From Anaerolineae bacterium (GTDB lineage: Bacteria > Chloroflexota > Anaerolineae > DUEN01), in assembly GCA_034432955.1 (NCBI GenBank), contig DAOUBB010000009.1:24347-88346 (forward strand): a DNA stretch of 64,000 nt. Direction: 5' to 3'. Shown piece by piece: positions 1 to 9,678 of the stretch. Numbering within the stretch: the first letter of the stretch is position 1; each line of letters starts with the position of its first letter. Below the pieces are notes generated by a model. It was given only the letters and a program-made list of their open reading frames with translations. It had not been told where the DNA came from and did not search any database. A program made the position numbers and the translations under genes.

Positions 1-267
1 GAGCCGCCAGAATTGGCCGCCGGCGATGTACCGGTTGACCTTGGCGCCAAATGCGATCAACACCTGGGGGCTGATCCCCAGGTTCCCGGCCAGTACCCCG
101 CCATCCTGAACGGCGGTTGCAACCATCATCGCCAGCCAAATGGCGATGTTCGTGCCCAAGATAACCCAACTCCACAAGGGCTGGCTCAGCGGGATGGTAA
201 CGATCGCCCGTTCCGGGCGCGCCGCGGGAGTTTCCGCCCGTTCTCTGACCGATATAGGATCGTTCAT
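1..267 (-). CDS. Rhomboid-family intramembrane serine protease, N-terminal part only (C-terminus lies beyond window start)
   Basis: Reverse-strand translation from ATG at 267-265 gives MNDPISVRERAETPAARPERAIVTIPLSQPLWSWVILGTNIAIWLAMMVATAVQDGGVLAGNLGISPQVLIAFGAKVNRYIAGGQFWRL, a TM-rich rhomboid-like N-terminus; the + ORF 13..309 is its antisense shadow. Start ATG overlaps gmk stop (ATGA). Confidence 0.5.
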   Translation of the reverse strand, partial: MNDPISVRERAETPAARPERAIVTIPLSQPLWSWVILGTNIAIWLAMMVATAVQDGGVLAGNLGISPQVLIAFGAKVNRYIAGGQFWRL

Positions 268-911
268 AAGATCACCGGCTCCCAATCCACCCGACATTTC
301 TCAGCCTGAATGATCGCGACCACCTGCTGCACGGTCTCGTCCAGCCGGCCTCGGCGGTTGACAACCACGTAATCGAACTCAGGCACGCGCAGCATCTCTT
401 TGCGCGCGGTGGCAATCCGCATCTTCAGCTCCTCTGGCGACTCGGTCTTGCGGCTGCTCAGCCGGTCAATCAGGTCCTGCTCTGACTCCGGCATCAGGAA
501 GATCGTCACCGCCTGTGGGATGAGGCGACGGACGGTGGCTGCGCCCTGGACATCGAGGCGCATGAGCACGTCCTGGCCGCTGGCCAGCGCCTGGCGGACG
601 TGACGTTTGGGGATCCCCTTGTAATCGCCGTAGACGATCGCGTACTCGAGCAACTCGTTGTGCTCGATCATGTCCGCGAATTCGGCCTTGGACACGAAGT
701 AGTAGTCCACGCCATCCACCTCGTTGGGCCGGCGCGGCCTGGTGGTGGCCGTAACGACAAAGTGAAAGGGATACCCCATCTCTTTCATGCGCGCGAGCGT
801 AGCATCCTTGCCCACGCCAGAAGGCCCCGACAACACGACTAGAACCGGGCGCGCCTCTGCAAAACGGGCGCACAGCGCGTCGATGTCCTCAAACGGCGGT
901 TGCATGCTCAT
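264..911 (-). CDS. gmk: Guanylate kinase
   Basis: 215 aa; P-loop GPSGVGK, full-length similarity to Gmk (TTRPRRPNEVDGVDYYFV). Confidence 0.9.
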   Translation of the reverse strand: MSMQPPFEDIDALCARFAEARPVLVVLSGPSGVGKDATLARMKEMGYPFHFVVTATTRPRRPNEVDGVDYYFVSKAEFADMIEHNELLEYAIVYGDYKGIPKRHVRQALASGQDVLMRLDVQGAATVRRLIPQAVTIFLMPESEQDLIDRLSSRKTESPEELKMRIATARKEMLRVPEFDYVVVNRRGRLDETVQQVVAIIQAEKCRVDWEPVIL

Positions 912-1018
912 GCTCCTCTTGACTCGATGAAGCTCCGGTTGAGGTGCCGGTTTTTGCCGTGAAATCCGCTTTCGGTATAATCTGTCAGTAGAGCACCCCG
1001 GTACTCAGGAGGCTTGAC

Positions 1019-1444
1019 ATGCCGATCTACGAATACCGTTGTCATCACTGCGGGCGACGCGTCAGCCTGTGGTGGCGAACCTTTTCCGAGGCTGAGCGCG
1101 GCACCCCCATCTGCCCGCGCTGCCAGAGTCGAGATCTGACGCGCCTCGTCTCCCGTGTTAGCACGTTGCGCTCTGAGGAGAGCCGTCTGGATGACCTGGC
1201 CGACCCCAGCACGTTTGGCGATCTGGACGAGAACGATCCGCGCTCCATCGGGCGCTGGATGCGCAAGATGAGCCGGGAGATGGGCGAGGACCTGGGCGAT
1301 GAGTTCAACGAGGTGATCGATCGCCTGGAGGCGGGCCAAAGCCCGGAGGAGATCGAAAAGGCCATGCCAGACCTGGCCGGAGGCGAGGGTGGGGTTGACA
1401 GCGGATCCGATTTCGGCGTAGGCACAGTCGGCGATGACCTCTGA
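1019..1444 (+). CDS. FmdB-family zinc-ribbon regulatory protein
   Basis: N-terminus MPIYEYRCHHCG...CPRCQS is the FmdB zinc-ribbon signature; acidic C-terminal tail. Confidence 0.7.
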   Translation: MPIYEYRCHHCGRRVSLWWRTFSEAERGTPICPRCQSRDLTRLVSRVSTLRSEESRLDDLADPSTFGDLDENDPRSIGRWMRKMSREMGEDLGDEFNEVIDRLEAGQSPEEIEKAMPDLAGGEGGVDSGSDFGVGTVGDDL

Positions 1445-1487
1445 AGTTAGCTGAAATCTACCCCCTCGCATTCTCGATAGATTCTCG

Positions 1488-1523
1488 CGCGTGAACGGGC
1501 CCACCTCGGTGCCCGTTCACGCG
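1488..1523. terminator. Bidirectional stem-loop between convergent fmdB-like and darA genes
   Basis: Perfect 12-bp inverted repeat CGCGTGAACGGG / CCCGTTCACGCG with 12-nt loop. Confidence 0.45.
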
Positions 1524-1530
1524 TTCAAGG

Positions 1531-1860
1531 CTAAAACTTCTCAAAACGTTCTACATTCAAAACAAAAACGGTCGCGCCCCCAACCTGCACTTCCACAGGG
1601 GTGGGGATCTGCAGCTCACCCGGCTCCATCACCGGCGGCAGCGGGGTGACATACTGAGTACGGGTGTGACAGCTCTCTCGAATGACGGAGAGGCACTCGT
1701 TCACTTTCTGATCCTCCGTGCCGATGAATACGGTGGCGTTTCCCTCCCGCAGGAACCCGCCGGTCGTGCTGATGATGGTGGCGCTGAAACCGCGCCGCAG
1801 CAGACGGTCAATCAGGCCGCGGGAGTCGTCGGAATTGACGATGGCCATGATGAGCTTCAT
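1531..1860 (-). CDS. darA: c-di-AMP receptor DarA/PstA (PII-like, DUF970, YaaQ family)
   Basis: 109 aa MKLIMAIVNSDD...ISTTGGFLREGN typical of DUF970; sits downstream of tmk as in Firmicutes (tmk-yaaQ). Confidence 0.7.
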   Translation of the reverse strand: MKLIMAIVNSDDSRGLIDRLLRRGFSATIISTTGGFLREGNATVFIGTEDQKVNECLSVIRESCHTRTQYVTPLPPVMEPGELQIPTPVEVQVGGATVFVLNVERFEKF

Positions 1861-1864
1861 GACG

Positions 1865-2521
1865 TTACCTCTCCTGGTTGAAATCAGATGCTAAGGCGGG
1901 CAGCCTGAAACGTTCTGCGAGCTGTTCCCGAATCGCTTGTTGTAATGACTCGATGGGCTGCCGGGCATCCAGCACCAGCCACCGCTGCGATTCAGTCGCC
2001 ATCTTGAGATATCCCTCGCGCACACGCTGGTGAAATGCCATTTGCTCCGCGTCCAACCGGTTCCATTCCGCCTGGGCCGATTGCCGACGTCGCGCCAGCC
2101 CCTCTTCCACAGGTAAGTCAAGATAAATGGTCACGTCGGGCCACAAGCCACCGGTCGCAAACGCCGTGATCGCCTTGAGCGTTGCCAGGTCCAGCCCACG
2201 CCCATACCCCTGGTATGCCAGAGTCGAGTCCGCATAGCGATCACACAGGACCACGCCGCCCCTGTCCAGATACGGTTGGATTACCTGGCGCACAAGCTGC
2301 GAGCGCGCCGCCGAAAACAAGAACACCTCCGCTTCAGGACACATATCCCTGTGTTCCGGGCTGAGCAAGATCGCTCGAATCTGGTCGCCCAGGGGGGTGC
2401 CACCCGGCTCCCGGGTGATGAGCACATCGTAGCCACGGCGGCGCAGCCACTCACCCAGCAACTGGATCTGAGTGGTCTTTCCGCTGCCTTCCGGCCCCTC
2501 AAACGTGATAAACAGCCCCAC
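1865..2521 (-). CDS. tmk: Thymidylate kinase
   Basis: 218 aa; P-loop FEGPEGSGKTTQ, LITREPGGTP, DRY motif. Confidence 0.9.
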   Translation of the reverse strand: MGLFITFEGPEGSGKTTQIQLLGEWLRRRGYDVLITREPGGTPLGDQIRAILLSPEHRDMCPEAEVFLFSAARSQLVRQVIQPYLDRGGVVLCDRYADSTLAYQGYGRGLDLATLKAITAFATGGLWPDVTIYLDLPVEEGLARRRQSAQAEWNRLDAEQMAFHQRVREGYLKMATESQRWLVLDARQPIESLQQAIREQLAERFRLPALASDFNQER

Positions 2522-2523
2522 CG

Positions 2524-4083
2524 CTACTCCCGGTAGATGCGAACGCGGCGATACGGCTCGCGGCCATAGCTGTGCGAGATCAAGTTGGCTGCCCGCGCCA
2601 GTTGATGCTGCTGCCGTCGGATCTCAGGCGATTGAGGCTCGAGCTCAACGACGGGAGCCCCCTCCAGGACCTTGCGAATGGCCTCTCGCGCTTCGGCCAT
2701 AGCCTGCGCCACCGGGTCTTCCGGCACAGCGGGAAGCTGGAAGATGTCGGCCAGGCTCGCTTCCATTTGGGCGACCGTGTTGGAGCGCAACACGTACACG
2801 GGGATGCCGCGCCGTTCCGCCTCGGTGATGGGCTGCGGACGCTTGCGGTAGTAGTTCTTGAGCGTCATCACCGCGTCCGAGCTACGTAAGTCCTCGGCGA
2901 TCACCATTGGCACCTGCAGGTTGGCGGCCGCCTGCCGTAGCCGGTTTTGCCCGATCCCGTATGGATAGATGCGCACCGTCCGCAGCGCCGGGCCGCCGGC
3001 AGCCTCTGCAGGCCTCACGGCCCACGCCTCCTGGGGCTCTACAGACGGACGGACGCCCGGAGGGGGCGCTTTCTGGATCTGGATGTTGCCCTCAGCGTCG
3101 CGATAGCGGATCTCGGGGGTGAGAGGACGCCCCCGCAGCAGCGCGTCCACCGAAGCCGCCACGTCGTGGTGGACCACCAGCCGCTGCCGATCCTGGATCT
3201 CGATCAGCACGTCGAACGTGGGCGGAGCCCGCCGCTCCAGCACCGATTTTTGGGTGCCGCGCCGTCGCGCTTCCTCATCGCTCAGCGTCACGCTTTCAAT
3301 CCCACCCACCAAGTCGGACAAGGTCGGGTTCATGAGGAGGTTTTCCAGGGTCTGACCGTGAGCCGTGCCGATCAACTGCACGCCACGCTCGGCGATGGTG
3401 CGCGCCGCCGCCGCCTCCAGCTCACGCCCGATCTCATCAATGATGATCACCTCGGGCATGTGGTTCTCGACGGCCTCGATCATGACCTCGTGCTGGAGGG
3501 ACGGCGTCGCCACCTGCATGCGCCGCGCACGGCCGATCGCGGGGTGGGGGATGTCGCCGTCACCGCCGATCTCGTTGGAGGTGTCCACGATCACGACGCG
3601 CTTTTTCTCTGCCAGGACACGAGCCGCTTCCCGCAGCAGCGTGGTCTTGCCCACGCCAGGCCGTCCCAGCAAGAGAATGCTCTTGCCCGACTCGATGATG
3701 TCCTCGATGATATCTATGGTTCCGTACACCGCACGGCCCACGCGGCAAGTCAGCCCGACGATGCGCCCTTTACGATTACGGATGGCCGAAATCCGATGCA
3801 ACGTGCGTTCGATCCCGGCCCGATTGTCATCGGTGAATTCGCCGATGCGCTCGACTACATATTGGATGTCGGCCTCAGTGATTTCACGTTCACAGAGCCG
3901 GACCTCTCGGTCGGTGAAGCGAGCCTCCGGAGGGCGGCCCAGGTCCATGATCACCTCGATCAGCTCATCGCCGCGGTTGACTTCACGCAGGGCCGCCTGG
4001 ATGTCCGGCACTAATACAGCCAACAATGCATCCAGATCATCCGTAATCTTCTGTTGTTTCACAAATCCCCACACCTCTATCAT
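2524..4083 (-). CDS. Ycf45/SpoIIIAA-like AAA ATPase with C-terminal R3H nucleic-acid-binding domain
   Basis: 519 aa; Walker A GRPGVGKTTLLRE, Walker B IIIDEIG, C-terminal R-x3-H region. Confidence 0.7.
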   Translation of the reverse strand: MIEVWGFVKQQKITDDLDALLAVLVPDIQAALREVNRGDELIEVIMDLGRPPEARFTDREVRLCEREITEADIQYVVERIGEFTDDNRAGIERTLHRISAIRNRKGRIVGLTCRVGRAVYGTIDIIEDIIESGKSILLLGRPGVGKTTLLREAARVLAEKKRVVIVDTSNEIGGDGDIPHPAIGRARRMQVATPSLQHEVMIEAVENHMPEVIIIDEIGRELEAAAARTIAERGVQLIGTAHGQTLENLLMNPTLSDLVGGIESVTLSDEEARRRGTQKSVLERRAPPTFDVLIEIQDRQRLVVHHDVAASVDALLRGRPLTPEIRYRDAEGNIQIQKAPPPGVRPSVEPQEAWAVRPAEAAGGPALRTVRIYPYGIGQNRLRQAAANLQVPMVIAEDLRSSDAVMTLKNYYRKRPQPITEAERRGIPVYVLRSNTVAQMEASLADIFQLPAVPEDPVAQAMAEAREAIRKVLEGAPVVELEPQSPEIRRQQHQLARAANLISHSYGREPYRRVRIYRE

Positions 4084-4134
4084 CAGCCGGTTGGAAATCC
4101 CGGCCGATTATGTCCCTTCCTTGGGAAGCTTTGC

Positions 4135-5244
4135 TCAGTTCGGTGTCATCACACCGGCTGGCCGTTCATCTTTGCACACCGACAGGGACTGTTCGACCTC
4201 CAGATCACCCAGGTACAACTCCAGGCGCGACACGGTGGTGATCGCTTCCGCTCGTGGCTCAAGCGTCGGCACCACGTCCGCAGCCAGCACGCGTTCTGCC
4301 CGCACGAGATACTTAACCAACCGGGCTCCTCGCCCGACATGTTCAAAGTTCCGCTCCTCTAGCAGCCCCAACAAGCCACCCTGGTAATCGCGCACTGCCA
4401 GATATACGGGCTGCTCTGGAATGCGCATCGCCACGGCGATGCCCCAGTCTAAAAGGCGCTCCATGCGGGCGCGATCCATGGTATCTCCCCACAGGCGAAG
4501 GAGACAGCCATCAGGCCCGCTCAAAATTTGAACCACCCCGCTGATGTCCTCGCCTTCGGCCAGCACATAGCTCTGTACGTCGGCCCAATCCACGTTCGCT
4601 AGGAAGGGAGGCCGGCTCTCCCCACCGAGCGCCCCTTCTGCCAGTTGGACTGGTTGTGGGGTGTACTGGGCATACAGCCGCCTGAGCTGCCAGCTATCCC
4701 CCTCGCGCAGCGGGCGGATGCCCTCGGATGCCGCGGGCCTGTCGAGATCCACCGCGCGCTTCAGCTGGAAGAAGTCCTCGCGGGTGTACAGGCTGAAGCT
4801 AGCCTCGCGAAGCAGCCGTAACTCCTCCGCGTGATCCGGCAACGAGGCGTACAGGCGCTGGATGCCGTTGTCACATGCCTTTTGACAGGAGTATTGCAGC
4901 AAGCGCCGCCAGATCTCCGGCGCCTCCTCTACCCCTAAGTCTGGGGAGAGGAAGATCAGGTCTGCCTCTGAGCGGTCGGCGCGCCGGCGGACCTGGATGA
5001 ACCCGTCCAACTGCCGACCGTGCACTTGAGCGCGCAAAATGTAGGTGGCGACTCCGTTCATGTACCAGGGAATCGGGGTTGCCAGCGCCGTCCACAGCGG
5101 CGAGCGGGCGCGCACCATCGCCTGGTCCATGTCCAGACGCACGCCTTGCTTCTGCAATCGGCGCACGAAGAGGCTATCTCGCAAGCCGAACGCACGGATC
5201 ACGCTGCAACTCCATCCTGGTCGTTCACGAGCCCATTGTAACAC
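4135..5244 (-). CDS. Hypothetical protein
   Basis: 369-aa ORF in an otherwise coding-dense minus-strand run; no recognisable motif by eye. Confidence 0.4.
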   Translation of the reverse strand: MLQWARERPGWSCSVIRAFGLRDSLFVRRLQKQGVRLDMDQAMVRARSPLWTALATPIPWYMNGVATYILRAQVHGRQLDGFIQVRRRADRSEADLIFLSPDLGVEEAPEIWRRLLQYSCQKACDNGIQRLYASLPDHAEELRLLREASFSLYTREDFFQLKRAVDLDRPAASEGIRPLREGDSWQLRRLYAQYTPQPVQLAEGALGGESRPPFLANVDWADVQSYVLAEGEDISGVVQILSGPDGCLLRLWGDTMDRARMERLLDWGIAVAMRIPEQPVYLAVRDYQGGLLGLLEERNFEHVGRGARLVKYLVRAERVLAADVVPTLEPRAEAITTVSRLELYLGDLEVEQSLSVCKDERPAGVMTPN

Positions 5245-5281
5245 GCAATTTTAACGCTTGGCAAGTGGCGTTTCGGGCCTT

Positions 5282-5959
5282 TCAGTTGACATACAGGTAA
5301 TTCATCACGCCGGCGACCAGCCGATCCTGGTCCTTCTGCGTGCGGATCATGAAGCGAAGCAGCGCTTCCTCCCGTCTCAGGATCTCTGCCTCGACCGAGA
5401 GAAGCCGGACCACATCCGCCGCGGCCAGCAGCTTCTGCTTCTCTCGATTGGGTATCTGAAGCGCGATGGCCGTCATGTAAGCAAGCCAGGTAGGGTCGCC
5501 AGGCATGTCCCGCGTGCCGAGATCAATGCCGGCAACCTGGGCCAACAGCTCCAGATAGCGAGCCACGCGCGGCCGCAACCTGTCGGCCAACGCTGCGGCT
5601 TCACCGCTGTGGCCGCCGCGCAAGGGGATGAATTCGACGTCTCCGGTCAGGTATGGCTGGTCGTAATGAAGCCGGAGGATCCGAAACCGGCGCCTGCCCA
5701 CAGCCGAGACGTTCATCCGCCCGCCACCCAGATGTTGCACTTCCGCCAGCCGAGCCGTCGTCCCCACGTCGAACGGTACGGCCGGTCCGCCGACCTCAAG
5801 CCCTTCTCGGATGAGTACCACGCCGAAGTCTTGACCGGCAGCCAGGCAATCCCGGATCATGCGTTTATACCGTTCCTCGAAGATGTGGAGTGGCAACACC
5901 ATCCCCGGGAACAGCACCGTGTTCAGCGGGAACAACGGCATCCTCTGCGTGTGACCCAT
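5282..5959 (-). CDS. LON N-terminal (substrate-binding) domain protein
   Basis: MPLFPLNTVLFPGMVLPLHIFEERY is the classic Lon N-domain start; no ATPase or protease part. Confidence 0.75.
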   Translation of the reverse strand: MGHTQRMPLFPLNTVLFPGMVLPLHIFEERYKRMIRDCLAAGQDFGVVLIREGLEVGGPAVPFDVGTTARLAEVQHLGGGRMNVSAVGRRRFRILRLHYDQPYLTGDVEFIPLRGGHSGEAAALADRLRPRVARYLELLAQVAGIDLGTRDMPGDPTWLAYMTAIALQIPNREKQKLLAAADVVRLLSVEAEILRREEALLRFMIRTQKDQDRLVAGVMNYLYVN

Positions 5960-5969
5960 TCCTTTTCTC

Positions 5970-7052
5970 CTATTCTACCAGCTCGTCTTCCGTCTCTTGC
6001 CATAAGGCCGTTTCCGTCTTCATGAACTCCCGCAAGAGCGTGGTGGCGTAGGCCCCCTTGGGCAACGTGAACGCAAACCGCAACCCATCCGGACACGGCT
6101 CGATCTCGATCTCGTTCACCCATAGCAGGGCGGTACGGCGAGAGCCATCCAGCCGCGCCTTGTGCAACATCTCGACGGTCACGCCGGCCGACTCCAGCAC
6201 CGCCCGTTCCAGTTCGCCCGGCTCACCGCTGGCCCAGCGCATGCGATACCCGTAGATCGGCCCAGTGTAGGTGATCTCACCCCGCTCCAAGCGCGGCTGT
6301 TCCGCAGCGGCGTCTTGCACCTCAAACAGCCCACCTGTGTCCGTCTTCTTGGCGATATCACCGGTCAGCAGGCGATGAAACCAGCCGCGCTGAATCCGCT
6401 CGGCGAGCCAGGTGTTAAAGAGCGCCGCCTGATAGGCGGAGAGCAGAAACCGCCTCAGCCAGCGCTCACGCGGCCCGTGCCCCAACAAGGCTGCACGGCC
6501 GCGCTGCGCGTTGTCTCCGTGGATGCCAAAGCGCTGCACGCCGTAGTAATTCGGCAGACCGCGCTCCCGCAACGCCCGCGCGACCGCCTGCGCCCGGGCC
6601 ATCGCGCCGGGTTCCGGGCGCAAAACCACGATCTGAAAGCGATTGCCCAGGAGATGCCCGACTTTCAGCTTGTTGCGATGTCGGCGAACCCAGACTACCT
6701 CTACCGGCAGGGCTTCCTGGATGCGGCGAGCCACAGTCGCCTCTTCCACACTCGGAAGGCAAAGAGAGAAGACCTGCGTGACCCGGGCGTGCTTGTCTTT
6801 CTGCCCTGCACTTCCCACGTCCACCTCTCGCAGGCCGAAAAGGCCGGCCAGCCGCTGCCCCAAAGCGCGAGTGGTCCACCCTTCGCGGGTTAGGCACACA
6901 TAAACGTGCTCCCCCTCGCCCGCCGGCTCATAGAGCGGGATCTCCTCAACTACGAAGTGAGCCGGCTCGGCTTTGATCTCCCCGCCGATGCCAGGCAAGT
7001 CCGCCGTGATGTAGGGAAGCGTTTGAATCTGGGTCTGCAGCGCGCTCATCAT
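5970..7052 (-). CDS. truD: tRNA pseudouridine(13) synthase TruD
   Basis: 360 aa with GQKDKHA catalytic-Asp motif and TruD-like architecture. Confidence 0.8.
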   Translation of the reverse strand: MMSALQTQIQTLPYITADLPGIGGEIKAEPAHFVVEEIPLYEPAGEGEHVYVCLTREGWTTRALGQRLAGLFGLREVDVGSAGQKDKHARVTQVFSLCLPSVEEATVARRIQEALPVEVVWVRRHRNKLKVGHLLGNRFQIVVLRPEPGAMARAQAVARALRERGLPNYYGVQRFGIHGDNAQRGRAALLGHGPRERWLRRFLLSAYQAALFNTWLAERIQRGWFHRLLTGDIAKKTDTGGLFEVQDAAAEQPRLERGEITYTGPIYGYRMRWASGEPGELERAVLESAGVTVEMLHKARLDGSRRTALLWVNEIEIEPCPDGLRFAFTLPKGAYATTLLREFMKTETALWQETEDELVE

Positions 7053-7145
7053 AAACCCATTGTAGCATAATCACCTGCCGCGGTGAATACTGTTAGCTCT
7101 CCCACATTATTAGACATAAGATTACGGGGCAACAGCCGTGGTCCT

Positions 7146-7174
7146 TTGTCAACCGACCAACTGTGGTATAATGG
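7146..7174 (+). promoter_or_regulatory. Sigma-70-type promoter with extended -10 (TTGTCA ... TGGTATAAT)
   Basis: TTGTCA at 7146 and TGGTATAAT ending 7174, about 70 nt upstream of ORF 7243; GAAGGAG SD 6 nt before that ATG. Confidence 0.45.
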
Positions 7175-7242
7175 CTGTGCCTGGGATACCTGCTTTCTGA
7201 GCGGGGAAGCCCGTCATGAGTCCATTGGTGAAGGAGCTCTGA

Positions 7243-7560
7243 ATGCCGAGGCGAAGCAAAGCCAACGATCTGAGCGAGGAAGCGCGCCCGATGGCGACAG
7301 AGGCAGAGCGCGTGCCCACAGGGGATAACGAATCGGCAATACCCGACCAGCCGCCACAGCCGACGGCGGCTGAACCAGAGAGTTTAGACGCGGAGATCGA
7401 GCGCCGGATCGTGGAAGACAGCCAGTCCGCGGCACCCGATCGAGTGCCTCAGCCGCCGCTCGCCCAGCCTGTCCCTGCCGTGCCTGCGCCGCTCACGTTT
7501 GACACAGAGCTGGACGACGCTGCCCTGGCTGCTGCCGTCTTTGTGCCGCCGCTGGACTGA
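7243..7560 (+). CDS. Small acidic Pro-rich hypothetical protein
   Basis: 105-aa ORF preceded by a strong SD (GAAGGAG) and the extended -10 promoter; low-complexity composition keeps confidence low. Confidence 0.35.
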   Translation: MPRRSKANDLSEEARPMATEAERVPTGDNESAIPDQPPQPTAAEPESLDAEIERRIVEDSQSAAPDRVPQPPLAQPVPAVPAPLTFDTELDDAALAAAVFVPPLD

Positions 7561-7574
7561 GGCTATCTCAACCC

Positions 7575-8858
7575 TCAGTCCTCCAGTCGGACTACGTCAG
7601 CTCCCAGCGCTCGCAGCTTTTGATCAATGTTCTCGTAGCCGCGGTCGATCTGGCCGATGTTGCCGATGACGCTCTGGCCTTCGGCGCAGAGCGCGGCGAT
7701 CACCAATGCCATGCCGGCCCGGATGTCGGGGCTGCTCATGGACGTGCCGTGCAGCCGGCTGGGGCCGACCACCACGCAGCGGTGCGGATCGCACAGGATG
7801 ATTTGCGCGCCCATCGCAATCAGACGGTCCACGAAGTAGAGGCGGCTCTCGAACATCTTCTCGTGGATGAGCACTGTACCGCGCGCCTGGGTGGCCACCA
7901 CCAGCGCGATGGACATCAGGTCCGCCGGGAAGGCCGGCCACGGTGCATCGTCAATCTTGGGCACCGCGCCGCCCAGGTCGGGCACGATGTGCAGATCCTG
8001 GTGATCCTCGATCACCAGATCGTTCCCTTCCAGGTGCAGCCGCACCCCCAGGCGATCCCGGAAGACCATCAGGATCATCCGCAGTTGGTCGGGGATCACG
8101 TTGCGGATGCGCAATTCTCCTTCGGTAACCGCCCCCAGCCCGATGAAGGAGCCGATCTCCAGGAAATCGGGCGAGATCGTGAACTCTCCGCCGTGCAGGG
8201 AGGAGACCCCTTCGATGATGAGGGTGTTGCTGCCGATCCCCTGGATGCGTGCGCCCAGGCAATTGAGAAAATGGCACAAGTCCTGGACATGGGGTTCACA
8301 GGCGGCGTTTCGCACAATCGTGGTGCCCTCGGCCAGCACCGCCGCCATGACGGCGTTCTCGGTGGCCGTCACGCTCGCCTCGTCCAGCAAGATGTCCTGT
8401 CCACGCAGCCGATCCGCTCTCACCTCCAGCCGGTCGTCATAATCGAACTGGGCCCCCAAGGCCCGCATGGCTAGCACATGGGTGTCAATGCGCCGCCGGC
8501 CGATGCGATCTCCGCCTGGCATCGGCAGGTAAATGTGGCCCGCCCTCGCCAGCATCGGCCCCAGCAATGTAATCGAGCCGCGGATGAGGCCGAACAGATC
8601 GGGGTCGGGCGATGTGCTCACGATGCGCCGCGCTTGCAACGTGATGGTGTTGCTGCCGTCATCATGCACTTCGACCCCCAGCATCTGAAGCAGTTGCAGC
8701 ATCGTGAGCACGTCCCCGATGCGGGGGACATTGTGCAGGACGATGGGCTGATCGGTTAACAGGCTGGCCGCCAGCAACGGCAACGCCGCGTTTTTGTTGC
8801 CGCTCGGCGTGACGACGCCGTTGAGGGGTCTTCTACCGTGGATGACAAAACGAGCCAT
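7575..8858 (-). CDS. murA: UDP-N-acetylglucosamine 1-carboxyvinyltransferase
   Basis: 427 aa; MurA N-terminus ([20 protein letters not shown]) and active-site region. Confidence 0.9.
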   Translation of the reverse strand: MARFVIHGRRPLNGVVTPSGNKNAALPLLAASLLTDQPIVLHNVPRIGDVLTMLQLLQMLGVEVHDDGSNTITLQARRIVSTSPDPDLFGLIRGSITLLGPMLARAGHIYLPMPGGDRIGRRRIDTHVLAMRALGAQFDYDDRLEVRADRLRGQDILLDEASVTATENAVMAAVLAEGTTIVRNAACEPHVQDLCHFLNCLGARIQGIGSNTLIIEGVSSLHGGEFTISPDFLEIGSFIGLGAVTEGELRIRNVIPDQLRMILMVFRDRLGVRLHLEGNDLVIEDHQDLHIVPDLGGAVPKIDDAPWPAFPADLMSIALVVATQARGTVLIHEKMFESRLYFVDRLIAMGAQIILCDPHRCVVVGPSRLHGTSMSSPDIRAGMALVIAALCAEGQSVIGNIGQIDRGYENIDQKLRALGADVVRLED

Positions 8859-8866
8859 GTTCGCCT

Positions 8867-9664
8867 CTATACGCCGGCCGGCCGCACGACCACCGGCTCA
8901 CCGATGCCGATTCCCAGCATCCGTGCCGCGCTACCCTCGCGCACGGCCAACTCTAACGTGCCCGCGCTGCCGATCAACGCCAGCAACTGTCCGCCGGGCA
9001 CATCGCTGTAGGTCGTGCTTAGCTTTTCCACCGTGCGGCCGGCCACCTCAATCTGCCACCGGACTGCTCGATCCAGCCACCCGGCTGGAACGTTGGTCAC
9101 CAGGTTGCCAAACCGATCTACGTATACCACCTGTCCTCGCAAAGAGCCATCCGGCATGCGGCGCGGCTGCGGTAAGTCGAGCATCACCGGATCGCCGATG
9201 GGCTCTCCCAAGCTGGTGATGGGAACACCCCTTGCCAGGTACGCCGCCACCGGGGCGAAGATATCGCGGCCGTGAAACGTGTGGCTGACCTGAGGCAGCC
9301 AATACTCGCGGCGGGTGAGGTGGACCACAGTCATGGGAGATTCCCCACTCGTGCCCGATTGCAGGACGTGGGTAAGCACCCCGTTATCGGGAGCCACAAA
9401 GATCGCCTGTGACGTCTGGACGGCGATCGGTCGCCGCTGGCTGCCGACGCCAGGGTCAACGACGACCACGTGCACGGTGCCGGCGGGAAAATAGGGAGCG
9501 GCCGCCGCGATGACATAAGCCGCCTGCGCCATCGCCTGAGGCGGGATGTTGTGGGTGATATCCACGATGGTGACGTGGGGGGCGAGGCCTAGAATCACCC
9601 CTTTCATGGCCCCCACATACGCGTCATTCAAGCCGAAGTCGGTGGTCAGAGTGATGATCGGCAT
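8867..9664 (-). CDS. SAM hydroxide adenosyltransferase family protein (DUF62)
   Basis: [14 protein letters not shown]...DPGVG...DRFGNL is the DUF62 SAM-hydrolase pattern. Confidence 0.8.
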   Translation of the reverse strand: MPIITLTTDFGLNDAYVGAMKGVILGLAPHVTIVDITHNIPPQAMAQAAYVIAAAAPYFPAGTVHVVVVDPGVGSQRRPIAVQTSQAIFVAPDNGVLTHVLQSGTSGESPMTVVHLTRREYWLPQVSHTFHGRDIFAPVAAYLARGVPITSLGEPIGDPVMLDLPQPRRMPDGSLRGQVVYVDRFGNLVTNVPAGWLDRAVRWQIEVAGRTVEKLSTTYSDVPGGQLLALIGSAGTLELAVREGSAARMLGIGIGEPVVVRPAGV

Positions 9665-9678
9665 CGAATCCTACCGTG

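Noticed and set aside
13-309. 98-aa + strand ORF at window start
   Set aside because: Antisense shadow of a rhomboid-like gene on the minus strand, whose translation gives a coherent TM-rich N-terminus; the + product is low-complexity.
908-1504. 198-aa minus-strand ORF
   Set aside because: Overlaps the well-supported FmdB zinc-ribbon gene on the + strand; low-complexity Ala/Arg-rich translation typical of high-GC antisense frames.
2947-4387. Two long + strand ORFs (355 and 340 aa)
   Set aside because: Lie antisense to the Ycf45-like ATPase gene; Arg/Ser/Pro-rich composition and no motifs. High-GC genomes generate such shadow ORFs.
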